In this document: positions 40,067 to 49,949 of the stretch, piece by piece | How positions within the stretch are numbered: position 1 is the first letter of the stretch | Layout: every line of letters begins with the position of its first letter | Assembly: GCA_963777505.1 (NCBI GenBank) | Contig: CAVZQN010000001.1 | Span: forward strand, 512,001 to 576,000 | Length of the DNA stretch: 64,000 bases | From: an uncultured bacterium | GTDB lineage: Bacteria; Acidobacteriota; HRBIN11; JAKEFK01 | Direction: 5' to 3' | Translations under genes and position numbers: made by a program | Notes under the pieces: model-generated | Databases searched by the model: none | What the model saw: only the letters and a program-made list of their open reading frames with translations | Told to the model about the DNA's origin: nothing

Positions 40067-40137
40067 AAAATCAAAGATAAAAAATAAACTCAAAAAAGCC
40101 CTATATTTTTGATTTTTGATTTTTAATTTTTGATTTT
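40051..40137. repeat. Inverted heptamer tandem array (CAAAAAT)n...(TGATTTT)n
   Basis: About 5 degenerate units per arm between convergent stop codons. Confidence 0.7.
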
Positions 40138-41100
40138 TTAGACTAGGTGGCACGCAGCGAAATGACCGGGAGTCACTTCACGTAATGCCGGCTCATCTAC
40201 TTTGCAGCGATCTACCGCAATCGTACATCTTGGATGAAAGCGGCATCCACCTGGAGGCTTAATGGGTGTCGGTATCTCGCCTTTCAAATTTTCCCTTTTC
40301 TTTCTTATTCTTGGATCAGGAACAGGTATCGATGCAAGAAGCACTTTTGAATACGGATGTAACGGATTGGCAAACAGTTCTTGACTTGATGCAAGTTCGA
40401 CAATTTTTCCAAGGTACATAACCGCAATCCGGTCGCAAAAATATTGAACGACGCTCAAATCATGCGCAATAAACAGAAATGCTAAATTCAGCTTTTGCTG
40501 AAGATCCTTTAACAAGTTCAAAATTTGTGCTTGTACAGAAACATCAAGGGCCGAGACCGGCTCATCTGCAACGATCAGTTTTGGCTGAAGAGCCAGTGCG
40601 CGAGCGATACCGATCCTTTGTCTTTGACCTCCGCTGAACTCATGCGGATACCGGTTCAACAACGCGGGATCAAGACCAACCATGCGCAACAATTCTGAAA
40701 CACGTTCTAATCGTTCTTTTTTATTTCCAACGCGATGGATGATCAGGGGTTCTTCTAGAATTCGGCGGATAGACATTCGCGGATTCAAGGAGGCATAAGG
40801 ATCTTGAAAAATCATTTGCATGTAACGTCGCATCAGCCGTAACTCTTCTTTATCAAGGTTGATAAGATCTTTGCCGTCAAACCAGATTTCGCCCAGGGTT
40901 GTATCAATTAATCTTAAGATGCAACGGCCTGCTGTAGTTTTGCCGCAGCCCGATTCGCCAACTAAACCAAACGTTTCTCCAGGCGCAAGAGCAAATGAAA
41001 TTCCATCAACTGCTTTTACAAGATGGTGAGTTCTTGAAAAAATTCCGCGCGAAACTGAATAGTGCTTCGTTAAATTTTTTACCTCTAGCAAACTGTTCAT
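40138..41100 (-). CDS. oppF: Oligopeptide/dipeptide ABC transporter ATPase (OppF/DppF)
   Basis: [42 protein letters not shown]; start ATG 41100. Confidence 0.93.
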   Translation of the reverse strand: MNSLLEVKNLTKHYSVSRGIFSRTHHLVKAVDGISFALAPGETFGLVGESGCGKTTAGRCILRLIDTTLGEIWFDGKDLINLDKEELRLMRRYMQMIFQDPYASLNPRMSIRRILEEPLIIHRVGNKKERLERVSELLRMVGLDPALLNRYPHEFSGGQRQRIGIARALALQPKLIVADEPVSALDVSVQAQILNLLKDLQQKLNLAFLFIAHDLSVVQYFCDRIAVMYLGKIVELASSQELFANPLHPYSKVLLASIPVPDPRIRKKRENLKGEIPTPIKPPGGCRFHPRCTIAVDRCKVDEPALREVTPGHFAACHLV

Positions 41101-41118
41101 CTCTGTGTCTTTGCAGTT
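41101..41118 (-). repeat. 18-bp junction repeat, copy 5
   Basis: rc AACTGCAAAGACACAGAG; fills the whole spacer between the oppD stop and the oppF ATG. Confidence 0.75.
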
Positions 41119-42089
41119 CAAAATTTGTAGCAATTTACACGGTGTGAAGGATTGATCCAAACTGTTTCGGGATATTGTTCCAAACAGCGATCCATTCTTT
41201 CGCCACACCGATCGTAAAATGCACATCCTGGAAGAAGTTTTGACAAATCAGGGACCGTACCTTCAATCGCTTTTAATCGGTTCCGTTTTTCTCCACTTCC
41301 TTCAATTTTCGGAATAGAATCCAGTAATCCGACTGTATATGGATGGCGTGGCTCTTCAAAAATTTCCAGCACTGGCGCTTCTTCTACAATTTTCCCTGCA
41401 TACATAACAAGGACTCGATCTGCAATTTCAGCGACTACTCCGAGCGCGTGTGTGATCAACAGGATTGAAAGTCCATATTCAAGCCTCAGCTGATCCAGGA
41501 GTTCAAGAATTTGCGCCTGAATCGTGACATCCAATGCTGTTGTAGGTTCATCGGCAATCACAAGAGCCGGACGACACGCGATTGCCATTGCAATCATGAC
41601 ACGCTGTCTCTGACCTCCGCTAAGTTGATGCGGATAATCTTTAATCCGTTGGGCAGGATCTGGAATTCTTACAGCTTGAAATAATCGGACGGTCTCTGTG
41701 CGTGCTTCCTTTCGCGACATTCCTTTGTGAAGAATGAGACTCTCTGCCACCTGATTTCCAACTGTCATTACCGGATTTAGCGAAGTCATTGGTTCTTGAA
41801 AAATCATCGAAATCTGATTTCCCCTGATGCTTTGCATTTCAGTTTCGGTGTAATGCAGCAAGTCTTTGCCGCGAAAAATGATTTCGCCTGAAACGATTTT
41901 TGCGGAGGATGAAAGAAGCCTCATCACGCTTAAGGCTGTCACACTTTTGCCGCAGCCCGATTCTCCAACCATTCCCAATATTTCGCCGGGATGGATCGAA
42001 AAAGAAATGCCGTCGACTGCGCGAACGGTCCCCTCATCAGTATAAAATTTTGTTCTTAAATTTCGGACTTCGAGCAGTGCTTCCGTCAT
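41118..42089 (-). CDS. oppD: Oligopeptide/dipeptide ABC transporter ATPase (OppD/DppD)
   Basis: [45 protein letters not shown]. Confidence 0.93.
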   Translation of the reverse strand: MTEALLEVRNLRTKFYTDEGTVRAVDGISFSIHPGEILGMVGESGCGKSVTALSVMRLLSSSAKIVSGEIIFRGKDLLHYTETEMQSIRGNQISMIFQEPMTSLNPVMTVGNQVAESLILHKGMSRKEARTETVRLFQAVRIPDPAQRIKDYPHQLSGGQRQRVMIAMAIACRPALVIADEPTTALDVTIQAQILELLDQLRLEYGLSILLITHALGVVAEIADRVLVMYAGKIVEEAPVLEIFEEPRHPYTVGLLDSIPKIEGSGEKRNRLKAIEGTVPDLSKLLPGCAFYDRCGERMDRCLEQYPETVWINPSHRVNCYKF

Positions 42090-43693
42090 ACTATGGAAGC
42101 CTCACGATATTCTCCAAAATGCCGACGGAGCAAATCTGAGACTTCACCAAGAGTAACGTTTGCTTCCAGAGCCTCGATCAGCGGATTCATGATGTTTCCG
42201 CCATCGAGGACCGTTTGTTCTAATGTTTTCAGCGATTCCTCTACTTTTCGTGCGTCACGACGCTTTCGTAATGCGTGAAGCCTGGCGATCTGATCTTGTT
42301 CCACGTTCAGGTCGATCTGCAAAATTTCCCGGATCGGCTCCTCTTCCTGCCTGAAAACGTTCACACCAACCACGAGAGCTTCCTGTTCTTCCAGAGCCCT
42401 TGCATAACGGTAAGCACTCTCCTGGATTTCTTTCTGAACATACCCCGCCTCAATTGCCTTCAGCATTCCACCCATCATTTCGATCCGATCCAGATATTCT
42501 GCCGCTTTTTCTTCTATTACATCTGTAGTACTCTCAATGTAGTACGACCCAGCGAGTGGATCCGCCGTAGAAGTGACACCGGATTCATAGGCGATAACCT
42601 GCTGAGTTCTCAAAGCAAGCAGGGCCGAAGGTTCTGAGGGCAATGCCAGGGCTTCATCCCAAGCATTTGTATGAAGGGATTGAGTTCCGCCAAGAACTGC
42701 GGCAAGAGCTTGTAAAGTTACCCGTGCAGTATTTACCTGCGGCTGTTGAGCGGTTAGTGTTGAACCCGCGGTTTGTGCATGGAAGCGAAGCTGGCAGGAA
42801 CGTTCTGACTTAGCTCCGAACTTTTCTTTCATAATCCGCGCCCACATCCTGCGAGCGGCGCGGAATTTCGCGACTTCCTCAAGAAGATTATTGTGGGCAT
42901 TGAAAAAGAACGAAATGCGCGGCGCAAAATCATCCACCGCCAACCCCGCTTGAATGGCCGCCTTCACATAGGTAATTGCATTTGCCAGCGTGAACGCAAC
43001 TTCCTGAACTGCATCTGATCCTGCTTCACGCACATGATAACCAGAGATGCTTATCGTATTCCATTTAGGAACATGCTGCTGACAGAACGCCATGATATCC
43101 GTAACAAGTTTCAACGAAAATTCAGGTGGATATATATAGGTACCTCGCGCAATGTATTCCTTTAAAATATCGTTTTGTACAGTTCCTGAAATTTGATCCA
43201 GAGGAATGCCGCGCTTTCGAGCTACGGCAATATACAGGGCAAGCAAAATAAAAGCAGTCGAATTGATCGTCATGCTTGTGCTGACTTTTTCCAACGGAAT
43301 GCCGTCAAACAGACGTTCCATATCTTCCAACGAATCAATTGCAACGCCAACTCGCCCGACTTCACCTCGTGCAAGCTCGTGATCAGAGTCATATCCCATT
43401 TGGGTTGGCAAATCGAAAGCCGTACTTAATCCCATCTGTCCTTGATCAAGCAAATAACGGAATCTTTTGTTCGTATCTTCAGCAGAACCAAAACCAGCGT
43501 ACTGTCTCATTGTCCAGAATCGATTGCGATACATCGATTCCTGAATTCCGCGTGTAAACGGATACTTCCCTGCATCCCCTAATTTTTCCGGGTAATTCCA
43601 ATCTTCAAGATCTTGAGGTTTATATTGCTCTTTGATTTCTTCTTGAAACGATTGTTTAAAGGAAGGCTTTTTACTCTTTTTGTCCTTTGCCAT
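42086..43693 (-). CDS. Methylmalonyl-CoA mutase family, N-terminal (substrate-binding) subunit
   Basis: [48 protein letters not shown]; no B12-binding domain. Confidence 0.95.
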   Translation of the reverse strand: MAKDKKSKKPSFKQSFQEEIKEQYKPQDLEDWNYPEKLGDAGKYPFTRGIQESMYRNRFWTMRQYAGFGSAEDTNKRFRYLLDQGQMGLSTAFDLPTQMGYDSDHELARGEVGRVGVAIDSLEDMERLFDGIPLEKVSTSMTINSTAFILLALYIAVARKRGIPLDQISGTVQNDILKEYIARGTYIYPPEFSLKLVTDIMAFCQQHVPKWNTISISGYHVREAGSDAVQEVAFTLANAITYVKAAIQAGLAVDDFAPRISFFFNAHNNLLEEVAKFRAARRMWARIMKEKFGAKSERSCQLRFHAQTAGSTLTAQQPQVNTARVTLQALAAVLGGTQSLHTNAWDEALALPSEPSALLALRTQQVIAYESGVTSTADPLAGSYYIESTTDVIEEKAAEYLDRIEMMGGMLKAIEAGYVQKEIQESAYRYARALEEQEALVVGVNVFRQEEEPIREILQIDLNVEQDQIARLHALRKRRDARKVEESLKTLEQTVLDGGNIMNPLIEALEANVTLGEVSDLLRRHFGEYREASIV

Positions 43694-43779
43694 GATGTTT
43701 TAAGTCTAGTATAACGCTCATTGAAGTAAGCACGCAGACGGAATAAATTTGTGAAAGAAATCTAATCCAGGAGCAGAAA

Positions 43780-44004
43780 ATGGCAAAGAACAAACAAAAA
43801 GGATCACGTGTGTACAAGAGAATTGAACTGGTTGGTGTCAGTGGAAAAAGCTTTGAAGATGCAATAGAAAGTTCTGTCTCAAAGGCCAGTGAAACATTGA
43901 AGGGTTTAAGCTGGTTTGAAGTGAAAGATATGCGTGGGTCGATTCTGAATGGAAGGGTCCATCAGTACCAGGTCGTTTTAGTACTCAACTTTGAAGTTCT
44001 TTAG
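43780..44004 (+). CDS. Dodecin family protein
   Basis: VYKRIELVGVS.KSFEDAI, L.WFEV...RG, YQV; SD AGGAG. Confidence 0.92.
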   Translation: MAKNKQKGSRVYKRIELVGVSGKSFEDAIESSVSKASETLKGLSWFEVKDMRGSILNGRVHQYQVVLVLNFEVL

Positions 44005-44871
44005 GGTTGGAATTATCATCGACCAGAACTCTCCGGCGGTGAAGTTCCGCATTTAATTCACATCCCATCAAAACGGAAAGCGACGTCAGGTACATCCAGA
44101 TCATCAGAATTAAGAAAGCACCCAGCGCTCCGTACGTGCTGTTATATTGAGGAAAGTTCCGGAGATATAATCCGAAACAAAATGTAAAAAAAAACAAGAG
44201 GAGGGAAAAGAATACCGCTCCTGGCAATACTTCTTTTACTTTTTGTCGCACGTTTGACATCTCAAGATACAGAAACGCGACGAGAAATGTGGTTGCAATA
44301 AAAGCAAATGGTAGCCGGAACCGGCGGTATCGAAAACTGCAATATTCACATATTGCCCTATACTGTTTTCGAGATAGTGAGCAAATTGCAATCCAAGCAA
44401 TAACAAACTTAAGACAATTCCGATTAATACCGTGGCAAGAACTGCGGCGGTAAACGCAAGTCCGCGAACCCTCCAGAAAGAACGTGTTTCTTTTGTCCGA
44501 TAAGCACGATGAAAACTCTTGCTGAGTGTTACCATCAAAGTAGACATCGTCCAGATCGTACCGATGAAACCCAGCGTTAGAATTCCTTTCGTATTTGCGG
44601 CCGCAATTTCAACGATTTGCCCGCGGATGACTGAATAGATTTCAAAAGGCATAAACGTTCCAAGGAAGGCAATGATTGAATTAAAAACATCAGGGTCCGC
44701 ACTAAGGATGCTCAGGATAGCGACGGCAAGAATCAAAGCCTGAAAGAGAGCGAACATTAACTGAAACGCAATTTCAGCTGCCATCCCCCAGACATCGTCT
44801 CTATCTGCTTTTCGCAAGACATGATAGAGAAAGCCAAAATTCTTTCGGAGAAATACTTTCAGTACGCTCAT
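43985..44871 (-). CDS. YihY/BrkB family membrane protein (apparent frameshift near 44300-44330)
   Basis: AAEIAF, ETRSFWRVR, PGA, YNSTYGALGA, WMYL, GCELNA across two ORFs. Confidence 0.85.
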
Positions 44872-44880
44872 CGATTTGAT

Positions 44881-44898
44881 CTTCGTGACTTTGCGGTA
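44881..44898 (-). repeat. 18-bp junction repeat, copy 6
   Basis: rc TACCGCAAAGTCACGAAG, 9 nt upstream of the yihY ATG. Confidence 0.6.
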
Positions 44899-44946
44899 AA
44901 TTAAATCCTATTGATGGTATATTCGTTTGAATTAAAACGGTAGCTT

Positions 44947-44960
44947 TTGATCGTGATCAA
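44947..44960. promoter_or_regulatory. FNR/Crp-family box
   Basis: TTGAT-CGTG-ATCAA, within the palindrome TTTTGATC-GT-GATCAAAA (8-bp arms). Confidence 0.5.
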
Positions 44961-45002
44961 AATCCAGCAACATTGCGATTTCGAGCACGTACTATAAGAG
45001 AT

Positions 45003-45987
45003 ATGGATTTCATATTTCGTTGGATTGTAATTTTTGCTTCGGTTTTCGCGGCGTTCATTCCGATGGTCGTCTATCTATTCCTCATTTGGTGGATGGACCG
45101 CTATTATCGACAGCCAGTCTGGCTGGTTGGCAGTGCGTTTTTATGGGGAGCCCTTGGAGCCGTTTTAATCGGAGTTACGGGCTCGCGCTTTTTCACACTT
45201 CCCATTGCAGCTCTTTTTGGAGAACGATTTTCGTCGACTGTTGGAACAATACTGATCGCCCCTTTTGTAGAAGAGATTGCGAAAGGTCTAATCCTTTTAA
45301 TAGCAATGCTTCGTACTGATTCAGATGGACCTGCTGATGGAATCGTATTAGGCGCAGCGGCAGGTTTAGGATTCGGTATGACGGAAAACTTTCTTTACTT
45401 TACGCAAGTTTACGATTCGTCAGGATTCCTGGCATGGGCACGTAATGTGTATGTTCGGACACTTTACTCTGCTGTCGTGCATTGCGTTTGCACTGCTACC
45501 GTGGGAATGGCAATTGGTTTAGCATGGAATTCCACAGGACCGCGCCGTATTCGCATTGCCATAGCGGGTCTTCTTGACGGCGATGGGAATTCACGGCTTT
45601 TGGAACATTTCAATGGTAGCCGGGCCAAGATTTCGGACAGATATGCTGATCAGTGTTGCTTTCACAGTGATGCCAATTCTCGTTCTGTTGTTGTTGGTTG
45701 CGTATCAATATTTTCTCTACCGTGAAGGTCAGTGGATCCGTACTGAATTGGATGAAGAAGCAATCGAAGGCACGATTCCATCTGGAGTTGTGAGCTTGCT
45801 CGTATCACCTTTGAATCGTTTTCGGAAAAAAGGTGCATCAGCGAAACAATATGTTGATACGGCTATGAAGCTTGCATGGAAAAGACGTCATTGGAAAAGA
45901 GCTGTTGGTTTCAAGAAAGAAAGACTCTGGTTATCCATTCTTGAGTTAAGACAAACGCTGAAGCGGATTCCAATTTTTGAACAGTAG
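45003..45987 (+). CDS. PrsW-family intramembrane protease (apparent frameshift near 45575)
   Basis: APFVEEIAKG, DGIVLG..AGLGFGMTENFLY, H..CTA..G; HGFWN in the second frame. Confidence 0.88.
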
Positions 45988-46122
45988 TGTCCTAACATTG
46001 AACAATAAGTGTCTACGAATATTGACGCCGGACTTAGAAGGCTCTATGATGACTATTGGGTTGTCGTCGATAAGACAACTGGAGGGAACTTTTTTGAGGG
46101 ATCTGACGACAATATCTGTGTA

Positions 46123-46138
46123 TGGCATGCAGATTGCT
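46123..46138 (+). promoter_or_regulatory. Sigma54 -24/-12 promoter
   Basis: TGGCATGCAGATTGCT, near-perfect consensus. Confidence 0.85.
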
Positions 46139-46164
46139 GCCCTAACAGTTGAGGAGGTTGAGGC

Positions 46165-46329
46165 ATGTTGGATGCATATATCATCGACCAGCTTAAGAAA
46201 GAGACGGAAGAAGTCCAACCACTTCCTTTGACATTGGAATTGCCCAATTTTGAGGAACAAGAGGAAGAAGGGAACAAGGACCAGAAGAAAGATCGGACGC
46301 CTGAAATTGCGGCTGTGATTCGCTTCTAA
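46165..46329 (+). CDS. Small 54-aa acidic protein, absent from the ORF track
   Basis: SD GAGGAGG; MLDAYIIDQLKKETEEVQPLPLTLELPNFEEQEEEGNKDQKKDRTPEIAAVIRF*; sigma54 promoter upstream. Confidence 0.75.
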   Translation: MLDAYIIDQLKKETEEVQPLPLTLELPNFEEQEEEGNKDQKKDRTPEIAAVIRF

Positions 46330-46391
46330 CATCTCTTCCCAGATCAACTCTTGGGGGGCGTGCGTCGATCAGTTATGATGATGTCGGGGTT

Positions 46392-47672
46392 TTGCCCGTG
46401 CATCAAGATGCTGTAACTATCTTCCAGGCTGCTATCGACTCTGTACGACCTTCGAAATTACTCCCTGATCTCTTCAAAAACTCCACTGACGCAGATTTAA
46501 TTCACTGGCAAAATTCACCAGAGCGGTGGCTGCTTTCGATCGGAAAAGCAGGCATGTCGAGTGCAGAAGCCATCCTGCGCAATCGAACTGTTTCTGATTA
46601 TTTTGTTGTTTCACCTCAAGCAATGATTCCATCATCCTTAGATCCTTCAAAAGTCCATTTCGGATCGCATCCATTGCCAGGCGAAAAAAGTTTTGCAGCA
46701 GCGAAGGAAATGCTGAAATGGATTGAACAGATCCCGAATCATTCCCCTCTTCTTGTAGTCATTTCCGGAGGTACATCATCGCTTGTTGCGAGTCCGGCAG
46801 AAGGAGTTGCGGAAGAGTCAAAGACAATTTTGAATGATTTACTAATCCGAAGCGGCGCCAATATTTCGGAAATCAATACAGTGCGTAAACATTGTTCGCG
46901 TGTTAAAGGCGGACAGACAGGGATTGCTTCCTCAAAACTTCAGACAAATGTTCTTGTAATTTCAGATGTGCCGAATGACGATCTATCAACAATCGGTTCA
47001 GGCCCTTTCTATTATGATAATACTACATTTATAGCAGCCGAAGAGATTCTAACACGTTATGAAATCTGGAGCTCACTGCCCGCCGATATCCGTCACCGGA
47101 TTGATGCAGGTGTCAGAGGCGAAGTTCCCGAAACACCCAAGCGTGGAGCCCTTTCCATTCCTCATCGGATTGTGGCATCGAATGCAATCGCGCGCGAATC
47201 AGCAAAACGGAAAGCGATTGAGCTTGGTTATGATGTTGCAGCAATTCCCGAACTGCTGGTTCAACCTGTTGAACTTGCGGTGGAACAGCTGAAGGATCGG
47301 ATCAACGGAATGGAGCCTGGATCCGCATTAATTTTCGGTGGAGAGATTACGGTTCAGGTGCGCGGGAATGGTGTTGGTGGGCGGAATCAACATTTTGCTT
47401 TGCTAATGAGTAGCGCCTTATCAAAAAGTGATGTTGTTTTTGTTGCGGCCGGTACTGATGGAGTTGATGGCAATTCATCTGCAGCCGGAGCATGGACTGA
47501 TGGAAATACGGTCGCAAAAGCAAATGGAATGAACTTATCAATCGATGAGTTCTTGGCTGATTGCAATTCTTTTCAATTCTTCAAGACATTAGATCAGTCA
47601 ATCATTACAGGTCCGACTGGCACAAACGTAATGGACCTCTACGTTCTATTGCGAGAAAAGCCTTCCCATTAA
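46392..47672 (+). CDS. Glycerate 2-kinase/MOFRL family (TtuD-like)
   Basis: IGKA, SHPLP, ISGGTSSL, INTVRKH.S.VKGG, IGSGP, GGEITV, GGRNQ, GTDGVDG, TGPTGTNVMD. Confidence 0.93.
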   Translation: MPVHQDAVTIFQAAIDSVRPSKLLPDLFKNSTDADLIHWQNSPERWLLSIGKAGMSSAEAILRNRTVSDYFVVSPQAMIPSSLDPSKVHFGSHPLPGEKSFAAAKEMLKWIEQIPNHSPLLVVISGGTSSLVASPAEGVAEESKTILNDLLIRSGANISEINTVRKHCSRVKGGQTGIASSKLQTNVLVISDVPNDDLSTIGSGPFYYDNTTFIAAEEILTRYEIWSSLPADIRHRIDAGVRGEVPETPKRGALSIPHRIVASNAIARESAKRKAIELGYDVAAIPELLVQPVELAVEQLKDRINGMEPGSALIFGGEITVQVRGNGVGGRNQHFALLMSSALSKSDVVFVAAGTDGVDGNSSAAGAWTDGNTVAKANGMNLSIDEFLADCNSFQFFKTLDQSIITGPTGTNVMDLYVLLREKPSH

Positions 47673-47678
47673 ATAGAT

Positions 47679-47732
47679 GCGTCCCGCCCACCACATCGGT
47701 GTGAAGGTGCGATGTTTTGGCAAACGGGACGC
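47679..47732. terminator. Hairpin between convergent genes
   Basis: GCGTCCCG...CGGGACGC outer stem, ACATCG/CGATGT inner stem; no clear U-tract. Confidence 0.4.
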
Positions 47733-47733
47733 C

Positions 47734-49308
47734 TCAGAATCTATATAGCGGTATATCGGGCTCCGGTTCAGGCATTGGATCCGCTTCAAAATCAATATCA
47801 AACTCGGGCTCAATTATTACTTCCGGCTCAGACGGTTCTTGAGCGGCCCATATTTCTGGCATAGGTACTTCTGGAGCTTCTGGAGGTTCTGGAATTCCCG
47901 CTAGTGGCGCTACTGGTACTACTGGCGCTTCATTCGGTGGTAGCGGTTCGAGCGGCGGAAGAGGATGCATTTCCGCATGTCCTGGAACAATTGAGGTCCG
48001 TTTTCGATATTGTTTCCTTTGAATATCGCGTTCCACTTTACGCAAAATCTTTTCTGACCTGATCACAACCGCTTCATGATCTGTATCACTATCATGATCA
48101 AATTCTTCATGAATCATGACTTCCGCGGCACGGTCTTCCCCATGTCCTGCGTGTCTCATTGCCTCGGCAGCTTGGAGCATTTCCTCACGAGCTTCTTCCA
48201 TTTTTCGTTGCGCTTGCTCCATCCGTTCGGAGGCAGATTCATAGCCCTCGGTGTTAACTTGAACTACTTTTTTATCAGCCGCCTGGGCTTGAACAATTTT
48301 AGATTTTTGATCAGGGTCAGCAACTGCCAATAACGGATTGGAATTCGATACCCAAAGCACAACAGCCGAGATTAAAAGGAGTATAACAATTGCCGACAGA
48401 GTCGACATTCCAGAATTTTTCTTTGATCGATTTAATAGCATATCCACTCTCCTGCTTAATTGACTGCTTGCAGAAAGTAGCGGTGAGCCTGCAAGCGGCC
48501 TGGAAAATTCAGCCAATCGCGTTAAACAAAGTGCATAGGACTGCGGAGTCCCGCCTGCTTCAACCACAGAATCATCACAAGCAATCTCACGTTCAAGATC
48601 CATTCGCTTACTGATCCATATGACTGCCGGGTTGAAAAAGAAAATTGCTGATAAGAATTTTTGGATTAGGATCGTCCAATCATCATGTCTTTTTAAGTGG
48701 GCAATTTCATGAAGAAGTATCTGTTGAATTTCTTCGGAATGGAGGCGCATCAAAAGCTTTGCTGGAAAAAGTACAACCGGTTTAAAAAATCCCGCCAAAG
48801 CTGGCGCCTGAATTCTAGTTGAAAGACGGATTTGGATTTTACGTTTTATTTTCGCATTCGATGCACAGCGATTTAGCAAATGCTCCAACCATCGCGGTGC
48901 GGCGGTAGATTCTCTTCTAAATAATGCCAGCATTTTAAAGGCATGTACAAGAAGCAACAAACGAAAAAAAGAAATCAAAAGGATTGTTGCTAAAATTCCG
49001 GCGGCTATCGTTAAAGGAATTTGAATCGGGGATTCTCGTTCTACGATTGAATTAACCTTGTAAGCAGTGAAAGGCATATTCTTTTCGGCCGGAAATCCGA
49101 ACGATCCTGAAACAATGAAAGGAATTGAGCAAATAGCCATGAGCATCAACAACCACAATACATGGCGGCTTCTGGCGTTGAATCGAAAAAGATTTAACAA
49201 GATTGCTGCAGAAAAAGCGAGTAACAACCCACGCCACAAACTCTCTCCCAAAGCAGGGATTACAAAATGTGACAGTTCAGCAATCCAGGATAAGATTGCT
49301 CCAATCAT
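47734..49308 (-). CDS. BlaR1/MecR1-like M56 peptidase with coiled-coil and Pro/Glu-rich extracellular tail
   Basis: P...GFFKP, LLHEIAHLKRHD, FFFNP.V, REIACDD. Confidence 0.92.
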   Translation of the reverse strand: MIGAILSWIAELSHFVIPALGESLWRGLLLAFSAAILLNLFRFNARSRHVLWLLMLMAICSIPFIVSGSFGFPAEKNMPFTAYKVNSIVERESPIQIPLTIAAGILATILLISFFRLLLLVHAFKMLALFRRESTAAPRWLEHLLNRCASNAKIKRKIQIRLSTRIQAPALAGFFKPVVLFPAKLLMRLHSEEIQQILLHEIAHLKRHDDWTILIQKFLSAIFFFNPAVIWISKRMDLEREIACDDSVVEAGGTPQSYALCLTRLAEFSRPLAGSPLLSASSQLSRRVDMLLNRSKKNSGMSTLSAIVILLLISAVVLWVSNSNPLLAVADPDQKSKIVQAQAADKKVVQVNTEGYESASERMEQAQRKMEEAREEMLQAAEAMRHAGHGEDRAAEVMIHEEFDHDSDTDHEAVVIRSEKILRKVERDIQRKQYRKRTSIVPGHAEMHPLPPLEPLPPNEAPVVPVAPLAGIPEPPEAPEVPMPEIWAAQEPSEPEVIIEPEFDIDFEADPMPEPEPDIPLYRF

Positions 49309-49311
49309 CGC

Positions 49312-49689
49312 TTACCTCGTATCCTTTATTTTCTTTCGCAAATGCTCCAGTTCAGCAATACTTAACTTTTCCTGATCCAGAATATTCAAGACGAGCTGCC
49401 CTGCTGAATTCTTAAAGAACTTGCGAAGCAGATGCTGCAGCGCACTTTGTCTGGCTTCACTCAAATCTACAACAGCGGAATACACAAAAGCACGGCCTGA
49501 TTTTGTATGAATGACGTATCCTTTTTGTTCAAGAATGCGCAATGTGGTAAGCACAGTGCTGTAAGCAAGCGGAATTTTCCGCGAAAGCACTTGCTGAACT
49601 TCGCCAACAGTCGCTTCGTCACGCTGCCAAAGCACTTGCATAACTCGCAATTCAGCATCAGTTAAAGTTGTTGATTTTTTTCTTCCCAT
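49312..49689 (-). CDS. BlaI/MecI/CopY family repressor
   Basis: LTDAELRVMQVLW, ATVGEV, LAYSTVLTTLRILEQKG, GRAFVY. Confidence 0.95.
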   Translation of the reverse strand: MGRKKSTTLTDAELRVMQVLWQRDEATVGEVQQVLSRKIPLAYSTVLTTLRILEQKGYVIHTKSGRAFVYSAVVDLSEARQSALQHLLRKFFKNSAGQLVLNILDQEKLSIAELEHLRKKIKDTR

Positions 49690-49697
49690 ATAAATGA

Positions 49698-49762
49698 ACT
49701 ATTATGAAATTAATAGTAATTTAACATTCACAGTTTTGGTTGTCAACTAAATCTTTAATAGT
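49698..49762. promoter_or_regulatory. Putative BlaI-family operators overlapping the blaI promoter
   Basis: ACTATTA-N6-TAATAGT (49698-49717) and ACTAAATCTTTAATAGT (49746-49762); minus-strand TTGACA at 49741-49746. Confidence 0.6.
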
Positions 49763-49949
49763 TCAAAAAAAAGGATAATCGGATGGTTAGATTGATGGAT
49801 AGAAGAACCGGCAATGAAGAAACGGTTACTTTGACTTAATAAGGCCGCTATGGGACACTAACACTTGAAACATTCAATGGTTCTGACAAGAAATCAAGGC
49901 TAGAGAAAAGGGCGCCGGTTCTTGCAGAGCATCAGACGTTAAGATCCAC

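Noticed and set aside
43694-43779. Cobalamin riboswitch upstream of the mutase
   Set aside because: The 86-bp gap is too short and has no B12-box.
45946-46347. Track ORFs 45946..46347(-), 45977..46231(+) and 46053..46277(-)
   Set aside because: They overlap a promoter region and the better-supported 54-aa ORF at 46165..46329.
49773-49804. Degenerate 8-bp periodic GGATnnnn run
   Set aside because: Only four poorly matching units and no inverted arm; too weak to call.
49803-49923. 10-bp inverted repeat AAGAACCGGC/GCCGGTTCTT as an ncRNA (e.g. 6S) boundary
   Set aside because: There is no extended internal pairing, the interval contains a likely promoter, and the match could be chance.
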